Below the pieces are notes generated by a model. It was given only the letters and a program-made list of their open reading frames with translations, was not told where the DNA came from and made no database searches. The position numbers and the translations under genes are program-made. This document shows positions 40,777 to 50,187 of a stretch of DNA of 64,000 bases, in pieces. Where the stretch lies: positions 17,150 through 81,149 of the forward strand of contig CAMAPH010000007.1 of the NCBI GenBank assembly GCA_945859975.1, written 5' to 3'. The DNA is from Chthonomonas calidirosea (lineage in GTDB: Bacteria; Armatimonadota; Fimbriimonadia; Fimbriimonadales; Fimbriimonadaceae). How positions within the stretch are numbered: position 1 is the first letter of the stretch; each line of letters starts with the position of its first letter.

Positions 40777-41288
40777 GGATGTATCACCAGAGCCATTTCT
40801 GGTTGGGCAACATCATACGGCGAAACTTTCAGAATTCAAAAGAAAAAGTCGAAAATTTACAAGTCTTTGGCTTGGAATTTAGGTGAAGACCCGCTCTTTC
40901 CCCGCAAACATACTTGTACTCAACTTGATATACAAGTCTAAATCAAGAGTGATGTGATGCAGGAGGAGCGTTGGGGGCTATAACCAGGGAGAGATTGGTC
41001 GACAGATTAGACACTGGCGGCCTCGGGTGGAGCCGAACCCAACGCGGTCAAATCCTGCATCTCGTGCGGTAGCCGCACCTTGCGAGCGACTCGATCTACA
41101 ACCGGCCGTCGTCTCTGTCCGGGTACGACTCTCCGAACCCGTTCGGCTCAATCCAGCGCTCTGTTTGTGGGTTGTAGCGATATTGAAGATGTGCCGAAAC
41201 GGAGCGGAACAATTGATTGCCGATACAAGTCGTATGACATCGGCGGGATCCAAATTCTTGAGATCTGTCACCCATTGGAAGAATAAAC

Positions 41289-41849
41289 ATGAAGAAACCC
41301 ATTTCTCTTCTTTGCCTGTGTCTCGTTGTTGCCTCCAGTCAAGCGTATTTAGTATTCAACACGTTCGGCGCGGGGGAATCCGCAAAAGTTTTTGGCTGGG
41401 GCTTCGGCGATATTTTTGACACGCGGGCTGCCGCCCAATTCACTGCAAGCAAAACTGGAGTCGTGAACTTCATCAAGATGAAACTGCTAAGAAGCGGTGA
41501 CGGTAAGCGAAATTTTGCTACCATTTCCCTGTTCGAAGACAACGGCAACGATATTGGCACCTTGATGGCCACCTTTACCGCAGACGTGAGAACAGCCGGT
41601 GTGAAGACCTTAACAAACAATGACCGAAGAGTCCGGCTCATCGGTGGGCGTAAATACTGGATCGAAGCGAAGTCGGCGGCTGGTTCTGGCGTTTACTCAG
41701 GCTGGAGCCAAAACGATCAGGGCCGAACTGGTTTGATTAAATTTGGTCAGTTGGAGGCCAAACCAAATTCCACTTATCGTGTGGGCGAAGGTACGTTGCC
41801 TGCCTTTAGCGTGGATGTCGAGTCGCGCCCTTGGGGTCGAACTCCGTAA
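41289..41849 (+). CDS. secreted beta-sandwich protein (choice-of-anchor R-like)
   Basis: Signal peptide; FNTFG, AAQFT, KYWI and GWSQND pattern. Confidence 0.55.
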   Translation: MKKPISLLCLCLVVASSQAYLVFNTFGAGESAKVFGWGFGDIFDTRAAAQFTASKTGVVNFIKMKLLRSGDGKRNFATISLFEDNGNDIGTLMATFTADVRTAGVKTLTNNDRRVRLIGGRKYWIEAKSAAGSGVYSGWSQNDQGRTGLIKFGQLEAKPNSTYRVGEGTLPAFSVDVESRPWGRTP

Positions 41850-42232
41850 TCAAGCAAGAGTAGTTTACGATTGGGGTTGTAGCTAGACGGCGGCGTACTC
41901 AGGCAACCGCACCGACGACCAGGTGCGTCCGCGGGTTCTCTTGACTCTTGGGGCGGAAATGTTTCGCTCCAAGACTTCATCTTCCAAACGCCCGCACCCC
42001 TTCCAGTTGCCGTTGGGATTAATTTCGGCAGCCCCGTTCAGAACGGTTGTTACGTGCGCCAAGTAAAGCCCCAGCGGTCAGCACTTCTGCCCCGTAAAGC
42101 TCACCCATGAACCGCTGAGCGTGCAAGAGTTTTGTGAAGTCAATGCGGCCCAAAATGCGGGTCATCGCTGGGTTCAGGCTCTGCGGGTTTCAAATGTATG
42201 CCGACTGGAAAAAAACCATTCGAGGCATTGAA

Positions 42233-42370
42233 GGGGTAACCGATGTGCCCGGAACGATTTATTCCCTGTGGCGCCGGCTCGCCATTGCCATCGATCGAAT
42301 TAAGCCCGGCAAACCGCAGCAGAATGGCCGCCATGAGGGAACGTATCTTCCGCTGATCGAGAGCGGATAA
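42233..42370 (+). pseudogene. IS481-family transposase remnant
   Basis: SLWRRLAIAIDRIKPGKPQQNGRHE matches the IS481 integrase-core (E residue) motif; no full-length ORF. Confidence 0.75.
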
Positions 42371-42440
42371 AGGGCTCTCGTGCACCACGAGTTTCTTTAC
42401 CCAAAGCGCGTTTTGAAGGACTCGAGTTCCGTTGGCAGCT

Positions 42441-42863
42441 TCAAGACCGGCTTCGTGCGCAGACGATCAGTTCTTGGTCGTACTTGTCGGAAATATCTCG
42501 TGGCCTCTTTCCCTCCGGAGCAACGATCAGGGTCAAAGAATTTCCGTTGAGCCGATAACCCACTGCCACGGGCTTCGATTTCTTGTCACTTCCAATTGGC
42601 CAAATCAGGCAAAGCTTGGGCTTGCTCATCGGATCTAACTTGAATGTGTACTTTTCCTCTCGACCGGTTTCATCGGTGAAAGTCACTTTGTCGCCCTTGA
42701 AAACGTACCGAAAGTTGACTTGCTTGGACTTGCCGTTGAGACTCTCTCTTTGCGCCAGCCAGACGCCTTGGATATTGGTCCGGTCGTCAGGTGCCTTTGC
42801 ATTGGACTGCACACCGATGAAAAAGGCACTCGCGACCGTCGCAAGGGTGGGAAAAGGCTTCAT
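42441..42863 (-). CDS. TIGR03067-like exported protein
   Basis: IQGVW, FKGDK, FKLDP..KPK, GYRLNGNSL and KRP pattern after a signal peptide. Confidence 0.7.
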   Translation of the reverse strand: MKPFPTLATVASAFFIGVQSNAKAPDDRTNIQGVWLAQRESLNGKSKQVNFRYVFKGDKVTFTDETGREEKYTFKLDPMSKPKLCLIWPIGSDKKSKPVAVGYRLNGNSLTLIVAPEGKRPRDISDKYDQELIVCARSRS

Positions 42864-42962
42864 CGAACTCTGCTAACGTGTAGGCCGAGGCAAGGTTTCA
42901 AGTCGACTTCAGCTCGACGTGCGGACCAAATCATCCGTTCGTGGTTTCGGAATTGAAATGGC

Positions 42963-43037
42963 TGGAGCCGATGACGGGATTCGAACCTGCGACCTGCTGT
43001 TTACGAAACAGCTGCTCTACCCCTGAGCTACATCGGC
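42963..43037 (-). tRNA. tRNA-Thr (anticodon CGT)
   Basis: GCCGATG/CATCGGC acceptor stem, GCTGT-TTCGTAA-ACAGC anticodon arm, GGTTCGAAT and encoded CCA. Confidence 0.95.
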
Positions 43038-43101
43038 TGACGAGAAAAAGATACCCGAACCCTCTCGCAGAAGGCACAATAGAGAGAACAAGGCCCTTCC
43101 A

Positions 43102-44190
43102 ATGACGCAAGATAGCTTCCCCATTCGTCGAGTTGATCACATCCGCCATTACGTGGGCAATGCCCGCCAGGCCGCTTTCTACTACCGAAACGTTTTCGGC
43201 TTCAACATCACCGCCTTCCACGGTCTAGAAACCGGGTTGCGGCACGAGGTTGACATCCTGTTGGAGCAGAACAACGTCAAGCTGCTGTTCTCTGCCCCAC
43301 TTCGGCCCGGACATCCGATGGCCGAGAAGATCGCCCAGCACGGCGACTTTGTCCAGGACATCGCTTTCGAAGTGGACGACGTCGATTGGGCGTACAACGA
43401 GGCAGTTTCGCGAGGCGCGACTTCGGCCCGTGAGCCTTTCACGCTTTCGGACGAAAACGGCGATGTGCGCATAGCAAGCATCAAAACGTACGGCGACACC
43501 CTTCACACCTTTATCAATCGCGACAACTTCCGCGGTCACTTCTTGCCGAACTACCGCGAGCATTTCGAAGCGGGTGAAGGCATCGGCATTCAGGAAATTG
43601 ATCACTGCGTCGGGAACGTGGAGCTCGGACAGATGAACCATTGGGTTCACTGGTACGAGGAAGTGCTTGGGTTCAAGCAGCTCATCTCGTTCGACGACAA
43701 CGATATTTCAACTGAGTACACAGCGCTGATGTCCAAGGTGATGGCGGGCGGCGGCGGAAGGGTGAAGTTCCCAATCAACGAGCCAGCCGAAGGGAAAAAG
43801 AAGTCACAGATCGACGAGTACCTGGAGTTCTTTGGTGGCGCCGGGGTTCAGCATGTGGCACTTCGTACGGACGATATCATCCACACCGTTACGTCGCTCC
43901 GCAACAAGGGAATGCAGTTCTTGACCGTTCCGAAGGCGTACTATGCCGCACTGCCCGACCGAGTTGGCACGATTGACGAGGACATCGCCACCTTGGCCGA
44001 CCTCGGAATTCTTGTGGACCGAGATGATGAGGGGTATCTCCTCCAAATTTTCACCAAGCCAGTGACGGACCGTCCGACGCTGTTTTATGAGATCATCCAC
44101 CGCAAGGGCGCGACGAGTTTTGGCAAGGGCAACTTCAAAGCTCTGTTCGAAGCGATTGAACGAGAGCAGGAACTTCGCGGGACTCTTTAA
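43102..44190 (+). CDS. hppD: 4-hydroxyphenylpyruvate dioxygenase
   Basis: IDHCVGNV, KFPINEP, SQIDEY, GVQHVA, LLQIFT and FGKGNFKALFEAIE. Confidence 0.96.
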   Translation: MTQDSFPIRRVDHIRHYVGNARQAAFYYRNVFGFNITAFHGLETGLRHEVDILLEQNNVKLLFSAPLRPGHPMAEKIAQHGDFVQDIAFEVDDVDWAYNEAVSRGATSAREPFTLSDENGDVRIASIKTYGDTLHTFINRDNFRGHFLPNYREHFEAGEGIGIQEIDHCVGNVELGQMNHWVHWYEEVLGFKQLISFDDNDISTEYTALMSKVMAGGGGRVKFPINEPAEGKKKSQIDEYLEFFGGAGVQHVALRTDDIIHTVTSLRNKGMQFLTVPKAYYAALPDRVGTIDEDIATLADLGILVDRDDEGYLLQIFTKPVTDRPTLFYEIIHRKGATSFGKGNFKALFEAIEREQELRGTL

Positions 44191-44192
44191 CA

Positions 44193-44236
44193 ATTCTTAA
44201 CAGTGTTGCGAAATTTTTCGCAACACTGTTAAGAAT
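44193..44236. repeat. perfect 21-bp inverted repeat with 2-nt spacer
   Basis: ATTCTTAACAGTGTTGCGAAA-TT-TTTCGCAACACTGTTAAGAAT. Confidence 0.95.
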
Positions 44237-44280
44237 CGGTGTAGATTGTGTTTGGGTCATTTGACCTAAGGAATTTATTC

Positions 44281-44778
44281 ATGCTTAAGAAAGTTGCATC
44301 GACGCTTCTCATCGCCATGATCGCCGTTGTCGCACAGGCAGATCTGTTTGTCTTCCGCGCAAATCTCACCTCGGGTCAAGAGATTCAGAACCCGCCGGTT
44401 ACCACTCCAGCATTCGGTCTCGGTCGACTGAAGGTGTACACCGATACCAACGGCCTCATTTACTACGAAGGCTTCCTTGAGGCACGAAAGCTCTCCGGCG
44501 CGCCAACCGGGTTCCACATTCACCGAGCGGCTGCCGGCTCGAACGGTCCGGTTGTGGTTGACTTCTTGGACCAGTTCACCCAGACCGTTGATCTTGGGAA
44601 CGGAAACCGAAACATCTACTTCAAGGGCCGAATCACGGACCGTGTCGTTGGTGGAACGTTAGTCACACGCTTCCAAATCCTCGACGCGATTCGCGCCGGA
44701 AACGGATACTTCAACGTGCACAACACGTCTTTCCCAGCAGGGGAAACACGTGGCCAGCTTGTTGAAGTCATTCCCTAG
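44281..44778 (+). CDS. secreted CHRD domain protein (copy 1)
   Basis: Signal peptide; LTSGQE, FHIHRAAAGSNGPVV and YFNVHN..FPAGETRGQL. Confidence 0.9.
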   Translation: MLKKVASTLLIAMIAVVAQADLFVFRANLTSGQEIQNPPVTTPAFGLGRLKVYTDTNGLIYYEGFLEARKLSGAPTGFHIHRAAAGSNGPVVVDFLDQFTQTVDLGNGNRNIYFKGRITDRVVGGTLVTRFQILDAIRAGNGYFNVHNTSFPAGETRGQLVEVIP

Positions 44779-44793
44779 TTCTTAGCGAAACTT

Positions 44794-44830
44794 TGCCCCG
44801 AGCAGCCGACGGCTGGTCGGGGCTATTTTG
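44794..44830 (+). terminator. terminator after CHRD copy 1
   Basis: GCCCCGAGCAGCC-GAC-GGCTGGTCGGGGC-TATTTT. Confidence 0.75.
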
Positions 44831-44987
44831 TATTTCAGGACCCATAATTTTTGCGGGAGTCGAAGTGTGCTTACATGCCTTGAATCTCACAATGAATAGA
44901 ATTCTCAATCGTTTTGCGAGATTTTCCCAACAATTCGGCGAATCAGTGTAGATCGTGTTAGGGTCGTTTGGCCTAAGGAACCTATAC

Positions 44988-45488
44988 ATGCTTAAGAAAG
45001 TTGCATCGACGCTTCTCATCGCCATGGTCGCGGTTGTCGCACATGCCGATCTGTTCGTCTTCCGCGCAAACCTAACTACGGGTCAAGAAATTCAGACCCC
45101 GCGGGTCACCACGCGAGCATTCGGCGTTGGCCGGCTGAAGGTGTACACCGATAAAAACGGACGCATGTACTACGAAGGCTTCCTTGAGGCCCGAAAGCTC
45201 TCCGGCCCGCCAACTGGGTTCCACATCCACCGAGCTGCCGCTGGCTCAAACGGTCCGGTTGTCGTTGACTTCTTTGACCAGTTCGTCCGAACGGTTGACC
45301 TTGGGAAAGGAAACCGAAACATCTACGTCAAGGGCCAACTCCTAGACCGTATCGTTGGCGGAGAAATTGTCACTCGCTTTCAGATTCTTGACGCACTTCG
45401 CGCCGGAAACGGATATTTCAACGTTCACAACGCTTCATTCCCTGCAGGAGAAACCCGCGGACAGCTGGTTGAAGTCACCGCTTCCTAG
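44988..45488 (+). CDS. secreted CHRD domain protein (copy 2)
   Basis: Close paralog of 44281..44778 with the same motifs. Confidence 0.9.
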   Translation: MLKKVASTLLIAMVAVVAHADLFVFRANLTTGQEIQTPRVTTRAFGVGRLKVYTDKNGRMYYEGFLEARKLSGPPTGFHIHRAAAGSNGPVVVDFFDQFVRTVDLGKGNRNIYVKGQLLDRIVGGEIVTRFQILDALRAGNGYFNVHNASFPAGETRGQLVEVTAS

Positions 45489-45503
45489 GTTTTAGCGAAA
45501 CTT

Positions 45504-45540
45504 TGCCCCGAGCAGCCGACGGCTGGTCGGGGCTTTTTTG
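45504..45540 (+). terminator. terminator after CHRD copy 2
   Basis: Same hairpin followed by TTTTTT. Confidence 0.8.
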
Positions 45541-45601
45541 TACGTCAGGACCCATAATGACTCTGGGAACCGTAGTACACCTTGGTGCCTTGAATCAAGC
45601 A

Positions 45602-47443
45602 ATGAACAGAATCCTCACGCTTCTATCTGTCCTGGTTGCGCTCCTAACGCTCAGCGTAGCCCAGGCCCAGTTCCCGGGCAGCGGACCGGAGCGAATGAAA
45701 TGGACCGCAGCGGCCGAGGGCGGAGAGCTGATTCTGAAGGGTGAAATCGAAAAGGGCTGGCATCTTTACTCCACCATTCCAGTAAAAGACGGCCCGTTTC
45801 CGACAACGATTGAAGCCAAGGGCATCACGCTCGGCAAGAGGATTGTTGAACTGACACCCAAGAAAAAGTTCGATCCGAACTTCGAAGTAGACGTTCAGAC
45901 CTTTGACGAGAAGGCCGAGATTCGAATCCCAATCACTGCTAAAAGTGGTGATTCGGCGACGGTTGACGTGACTTATCAGCTCTGCAGCGACCGCACGTGC
46001 CTGAACCCTAGAACAAAAACCTTGACCGTTGACGTTTCGAAGGTCACCCCTGGAGCGGCTCCTGCAGCGGTAGGAGCAAAGACGCCTGATGATTCTGCTT
46101 CCGCAAAAATCACCCCGGTCAAGAAGGACTACGGCGGACTTATCGCGTTCTTCGGAACCGCAATCGCGGCCGGATTCTTTGCCCTCGTGACTCCGTGCGT
46201 GTTCCCGATGATTCCGATCACCGTTTCGATCTTCTCGAAGCACGGCGAGGGAAGCGCGGTCAAACCCGCGATTGCGTTCTGCCTGGGAATCATCAGCACT
46301 TTCACAATTTTAGGGGTCGGCGTTAGCCTTCTGTTTGGCGCGACCGGACTGCAGAACTTGGCCAATGATCCATGGCTGAACTTGGGCATGGGCATTCTGT
46401 TCGTCGTGCTCGCGTTTAGCTTGTTTGGCGCTTTCGAGATCGGGGTACCGGCGAGTTGGGCCAACAAACTGAACTCCAAGAAGCGATCGGGCCTTGCCGG
46501 ACCGATTGTTATGGGCCTGGTTTTCTCGCTTACGTCATTCACTTGCACCATGCCGTTCGTCGGAACCCTGCTGGTAACGGCGGCCCAAGGGGATGTGCTC
46601 TATCCAATCGTCGGAATGCTAGGGTTTAGCTCGGCTTTCTCTCTTCCCTTCTTTGGCCTGGCGTTGTTCCCGCGCGCGGTTTCGAAGCTGCCTAAGTCGG
46701 GCGGATGGCTCTCCACGGTTAAGGCGTTCATGGGCTTCGTTGAGCTGATCGCCGCGATCAAGTTCTTCAGCACGGTCGATCTTGCTTGGCAACTTGGCTG
46801 GCTTACGAAAGAGGTTTATCTGACCCTTTGGTTCGGCATCATGCTTCTTGCCGGCCTATTCCTTCTTGGGTGGATTCGGATTCCGACCGTTCACGACGAA
46901 TCGAAGCCAGGCATTCCCCGAATTGGTGCAGCGCTTGCTTCGATTGCGGCGAGCGTTTGGTTCCTTACCGCACTGAATGGCAACAGTCTTCAGGACCTTG
47001 AAGCGTTCGTTCCGCCTGATCCATACCCTTACAAAACGGTAGCCGGAGCCGTCGCCAAGACGAGTGAAGAAGGCTGGATTGCCTCCTACGACCTCGCAGT
47101 TGAAGAAGCCAAAAAGACTGGAAAGCCGATCTTTATCGACTTCACCGGAATCTACTGCTCGAACTGCCGCTACATGGAAAAGAACGTGCTGAACAAGCCC
47201 GCGGTTGAGGAAGAGCTGAAGAACTTCGTGTTGGCCAAGCTCTATACGGACCGCCGAGACAACCCGGAGGATCAGCGATACCAAAAGCTAAAGATCGATC
47301 TCACCGGTAGCGCGTCCAACCCGGTTTATGCCGTGGTGAACGCCGAAGGTAAGTTGCTGGCTTCGTCCGAGTACGACCGAGACGTTCAGCGCTTCGCAAA
47401 CTTCATGAAGTCAGGTCGCGAGAAACTAGTCAGTCTCCGCTAA
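45602..47443 (+). CDS. dsbD: thiol:disulfide interchange protein DsbD
   Basis: GWHLYS and QLCSDRTC n-domain, TPCVFPMIP and SFTCT TM domain, DFTGIYCSNC thioredoxin domain. Confidence 0.9.
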   Translation: MNRILTLLSVLVALLTLSVAQAQFPGSGPERMKWTAAAEGGELILKGEIEKGWHLYSTIPVKDGPFPTTIEAKGITLGKRIVELTPKKKFDPNFEVDVQTFDEKAEIRIPITAKSGDSATVDVTYQLCSDRTCLNPRTKTLTVDVSKVTPGAAPAAVGAKTPDDSASAKITPVKKDYGGLIAFFGTAIAAGFFALVTPCVFPMIPITVSIFSKHGEGSAVKPAIAFCLGIISTFTILGVGVSLLFGATGLQNLANDPWLNLGMGILFVVLAFSLFGAFEIGVPASWANKLNSKKRSGLAGPIVMGLVFSLTSFTCTMPFVGTLLVTAAQGDVLYPIVGMLGFSSAFSLPFFGLALFPRAVSKLPKSGGWLSTVKAFMGFVELIAAIKFFSTVDLAWQLGWLTKEVYLTLWFGIMLLAGLFLLGWIRIPTVHDESKPGIPRIGAALASIAASVWFLTALNGNSLQDLEAFVPPDPYPYKTVAGAVAKTSEEGWIASYDLAVEEAKKTGKPIFIDFTGIYCSNCRYMEKNVLNKPAVEEELKNFVLAKLYTDRRDNPEDQRYQKLKIDLTGSASNPVYAVVNAEGKLLASSEYDRDVQRFANFMKSGREKLVSLR

Positions 47444-48127
47444 CAGTAAGCCTGCCGCGACCATTGCCGCGTGTTCGACCCTGAGAACACGCGGACCGAT
47501 GGTCACGGCGAGATCGCCGATCATCTCAACTTCGCGCGGCGCCCAGCCGCCTTCCGGTCCAATCGCAATCACTCGCCTTCCGAGGCGGGTTCTGGTGAGT
47601 CGGCGTCCGACGCCCTCGACTTCTGAAAGCACATCCGCTTCGGGAAACTTCGTGAGGAACTCCTTCAGATCGCTGACAAGAGTGAACTCCGGCAAACGGG
47701 TTCGGTAGCTCACTTCGGCCGCTTCGCGCGCAATCGTTTCGAGGCGACGAATGCGGTCCATTTTCTTACCCGCATCCCACTTCACCACCGTTCGATCGGT
47801 TGAGAAAAGCACGAAGTGCGAAACCCCGATCTCCGTTCCGGCCCGAACAATTTCGTCAAGCTTTTCGCCCTTTGGAAGCGATTGGCCGAGCGTGACATGG
47901 ACGAGAGGCTCGGTCTTTGGAAACTCAACGGCGGTAGCTTCTGCGTCGTGGCCATCGAAGATAGCCCGGACCAACGATCCGTCATTCGGAAGAATCGCGA
48001 TTTCTGCTCCGGCACCCAATCGCAGAACTTTGCGGAGCTTATCGATCTCCGCCTTTGGCAGCTCGATGGTGCCTTCGGTCGGCGCGCCCGGGATGAAGAT
48101 CCGAGGAAGAGACCTAGATGGTCTCAT
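47426..48127 (-). CDS. rsmE: 16S rRNA m3U1498 methyltransferase
   Basis: KVLRL, TEIGV, IGPEGG and RVLRVE; follows dnaJ-prmA. Confidence 0.9.
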   Translation of the reverse strand: MRPSRSLPRIFIPGAPTEGTIELPKAEIDKLRKVLRLGAGAEIAILPNDGSLVRAIFDGHDAEATAVEFPKTEPLVHVTLGQSLPKGEKLDEIVRAGTEIGVSHFVLFSTDRTVVKWDAGKKMDRIRRLETIAREAAEVSYRTRLPEFTLVSDLKEFLTKFPEADVLSEVEGVGRRLTRTRLGRRVIAIGPEGGWAPREVEMIGDLAVTIGPRVLRVEHAAMVAAGLLLAETD

Positions 48128-49053
48128 TTACGGAAGCAAGCTCCAACCCAATCGTCTTCTTGGCGCATTTCCACCAGCGTGAATCCGACGGCTTCGGCGG
48201 CATTTTGGACATCGGGCCAGTTCTGTTCGATGATGCCGCTCACAATCCAGTATCCGCCGGGCTTAACCGCAGCGTAGGCCTCGGGAGACAGCCGGATCAG
48301 AATCATTGAAATGATGTTGCTGAGAACGACTTCGAACTGGCGTGCGGCGGCGGGAAGCTCGCTCAGGGTCGTGCCGCGGTCGGCATCGGTCAGGATCAGC
48401 TCGTCCTCGCCCCAATCGCCGGGTGCGCCGTCTTCTCCATGGACAACGGGATCAAAGCCGCCGCCCACAAAGAACTCGATGCTGACGTTGTTGCGGTCTG
48501 CATTCTCGCGAGCAACAGACACGGCCGTTGCATCGATGTCGCTCGCGTAAACCTTCGCCGCACCGAGCAGCTTCGCGCCGACGGCAAGAATGCCGCTGCC
48601 GCAACCCACGTCTGCAACGTCAAGGCCTTCCACCGGAACCAGGGAAAGCAGTTCAAGGCAAAGGCGTGTCGTCGGGTGATCGCCCGTGCCGAAGGCCTGA
48701 CCAGGATCAAGCGTGATCACGAGGTCATCGGGCAAAGGCTCGTAAGGCTCCCAGCTTGGCGTCACGACGAATCGCTCTCCGATTCGGCGCGGCTTGAAGT
48801 ACTGCTTCCAGACTTCGTCCCAGTTCTGCTCTTCGAATTCTAGAACTTGCGTCTCGACCGCGCCGGCTTCTTTCAGCGCTGCGGCTAGGTCAGAGGCGGT
48901 ATCGGAAGCACCCGGGACGAGCGGCAAACAGCCAGAAATCCACGGCTTGGTCTCGATGGTGTTTTCAATTCCGGACTGCAGAAACAGCTCAATAACCGGC
49001 GAGGTGTCTTCTGGCCAAGGTTCAAGCTTGGCTTTGACTTCAATCCAGGTCAT
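48124..49053 (-). CDS. prmA: ribosomal protein L11 methyltransferase
   Basis: [24 protein letters not shown] and SGII; ATGA overlap with dnaJ. Confidence 0.95.
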   Translation of the reverse strand: MTWIEVKAKLEPWPEDTSPVIELFLQSGIENTIETKPWISGCLPLVPGASDTASDLAAALKEAGAVETQVLEFEEQNWDEVWKQYFKPRRIGERFVVTPSWEPYEPLPDDLVITLDPGQAFGTGDHPTTRLCLELLSLVPVEGLDVADVGCGSGILAVGAKLLGAAKVYASDIDATAVSVARENADRNNVSIEFFVGGGFDPVVHGEDGAPGDWGEDELILTDADRGTTLSELPAAARQFEVVLSNIISMILIRLSPEAYAAVKPGGYWIVSGIIEQNWPDVQNAAEAVGFTLVEMRQEDDWVGACFRK

Positions 49054-50177
49054 TTTTTCCATCCAAAGAGGTTATGGAAAAACCCGCCAGGCTCCGCGCC
49101 GTGGGGCATGTTCTCGCCTCGAAGTTCAGCGAGTTCGCGAATGAGTTTCGCTTCGGGCTCGGTCAATTTGGTTGGAATCAAAACGTTCACTTGTACGGTC
49201 AAATCTCCACGCCGACCGCCATGCAGTGGGGGCAAGCCAGCTCCTCGCGAGGTCAGCGGTGTCCCGGGCTGGGTTCCGGCTTTGATCTCGAGCTCGATAT
49301 CGGCATCAACGCCTTCGATCTTGACTTTGTCTCCAAGGGCGGCCTGCGCAAAAGTGAGATCTAGGACGGTGAATAGGTGCGTTCCACGGCGCTCAAAGCG
49401 AGGATCGTTTTCAACCTCGAGAGAGATGAAAAGGTCTCCGGGTCGCCCGGTGCCGACGCCTTCGCTGCCTGCTCCAGGAATCTGCATCGTCGCGCCGTTG
49501 TCAACTCCAGGTGGAACGTCGACCGACATGGTCTTGCGCTGCCTCTCAAGCTTTTGGCCCCGACACTTTTTGCACGGGTTCGAGGTCGTAGTGCCTTCGC
49601 CTCGGCAGGTTGGGCATACGGTCTGGGTTCGAACTTGGCCGATAAAGGTGCTGCGTACCGTTGTAACCGCGCCGGCGCCTTTACAGCCCGTGCAGGTTTC
49701 AGGTGCGCCGCCGCCTTCTACTCCCGTTCCACGACAGCTAGAGCACCTGGCGTAGGTATCGAAGTTGACTTCCTTCTTGACGCCTGTGAGTACTTCTTGG
49801 AGGGTGATGGTCGCGCTGGTTTGGACGTCTTCGCCATCTCGACCGGTTCTGCGTCGGCCGCTTTGAGCTCCGGCTGCACCTCCGAAGAACATGTCGAAGA
49901 TGTCGCCAATGCCGCCACCGCCGTTGAAGAAATCGCCGGCGCCAGCACCAGGGCCGTCCTCGGTGGTTCCAAATTGATCAAAGCGCGCACGCTTCTCGGG
50001 GTCGCTCAGCACGGAATAGGCAGAGCCGATTTCTTTAAACTTTTCTTCCGCCGTCGGGTCATTGGGGTTCACGTCGGGGTGGTGCTGACGCGCAAGACGG
50101 CGGTAGGCGGACTTGATTTCGTCCGCCGACGCACTTCTTGCCACACCAAGAACCTCGTAGGGGTCCCTAACCGCCAT
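49050..50177 (-). CDS. dnaJ: molecular chaperone DnaJ (class A)
   Basis: J domain HPD, G/F region and four CxxCxGxG repeats. Confidence 0.96.
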   Translation of the reverse strand: MAVRDPYEVLGVARSASADEIKSAYRRLARQHHPDVNPNDPTAEEKFKEIGSAYSVLSDPEKRARFDQFGTTEDGPGAGAGDFFNGGGGIGDIFDMFFGGAAGAQSGRRRTGRDGEDVQTSATITLQEVLTGVKKEVNFDTYARCSSCRGTGVEGGGAPETCTGCKGAGAVTTVRSTFIGQVRTQTVCPTCRGEGTTTSNPCKKCRGQKLERQRKTMSVDVPPGVDNGATMQIPGAGSEGVGTGRPGDLFISLEVENDPRFERRGTHLFTVLDLTFAQAALGDKVKIEGVDADIELEIKAGTQPGTPLTSRGAGLPPLHGGRRGDLTVQVNVLIPTKLTEPEAKLIRELAELRGENMPHGAEPGGFFHNLFGWKK

Positions 50178-50187
50178 TTACTTCGTT

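Larger units (their letters stand above)
44193..45617 (+). repeat. diverged ~710-bp tandem duplication
   Basis: Upstream region, CHRD gene, terminator and dsbD leader recur at an offset of ~708-710 bp. Confidence 0.9.

Noticed and set aside
41028..41036. TGGAGCCGA matching the tRNA-Thr 3' end as a firm att site
   Set aside because: Only 9 bp, and the same 9-mer occurs inside gspF (about 23383), so chance is plausible; kept only as a weak boundary hint
40978..41288. ORFs or a structured ncRNA in the porin upstream gap
   Set aside because: No recognisable protein motif or known RNA family features by eye; needs an Rfam/Infernal search
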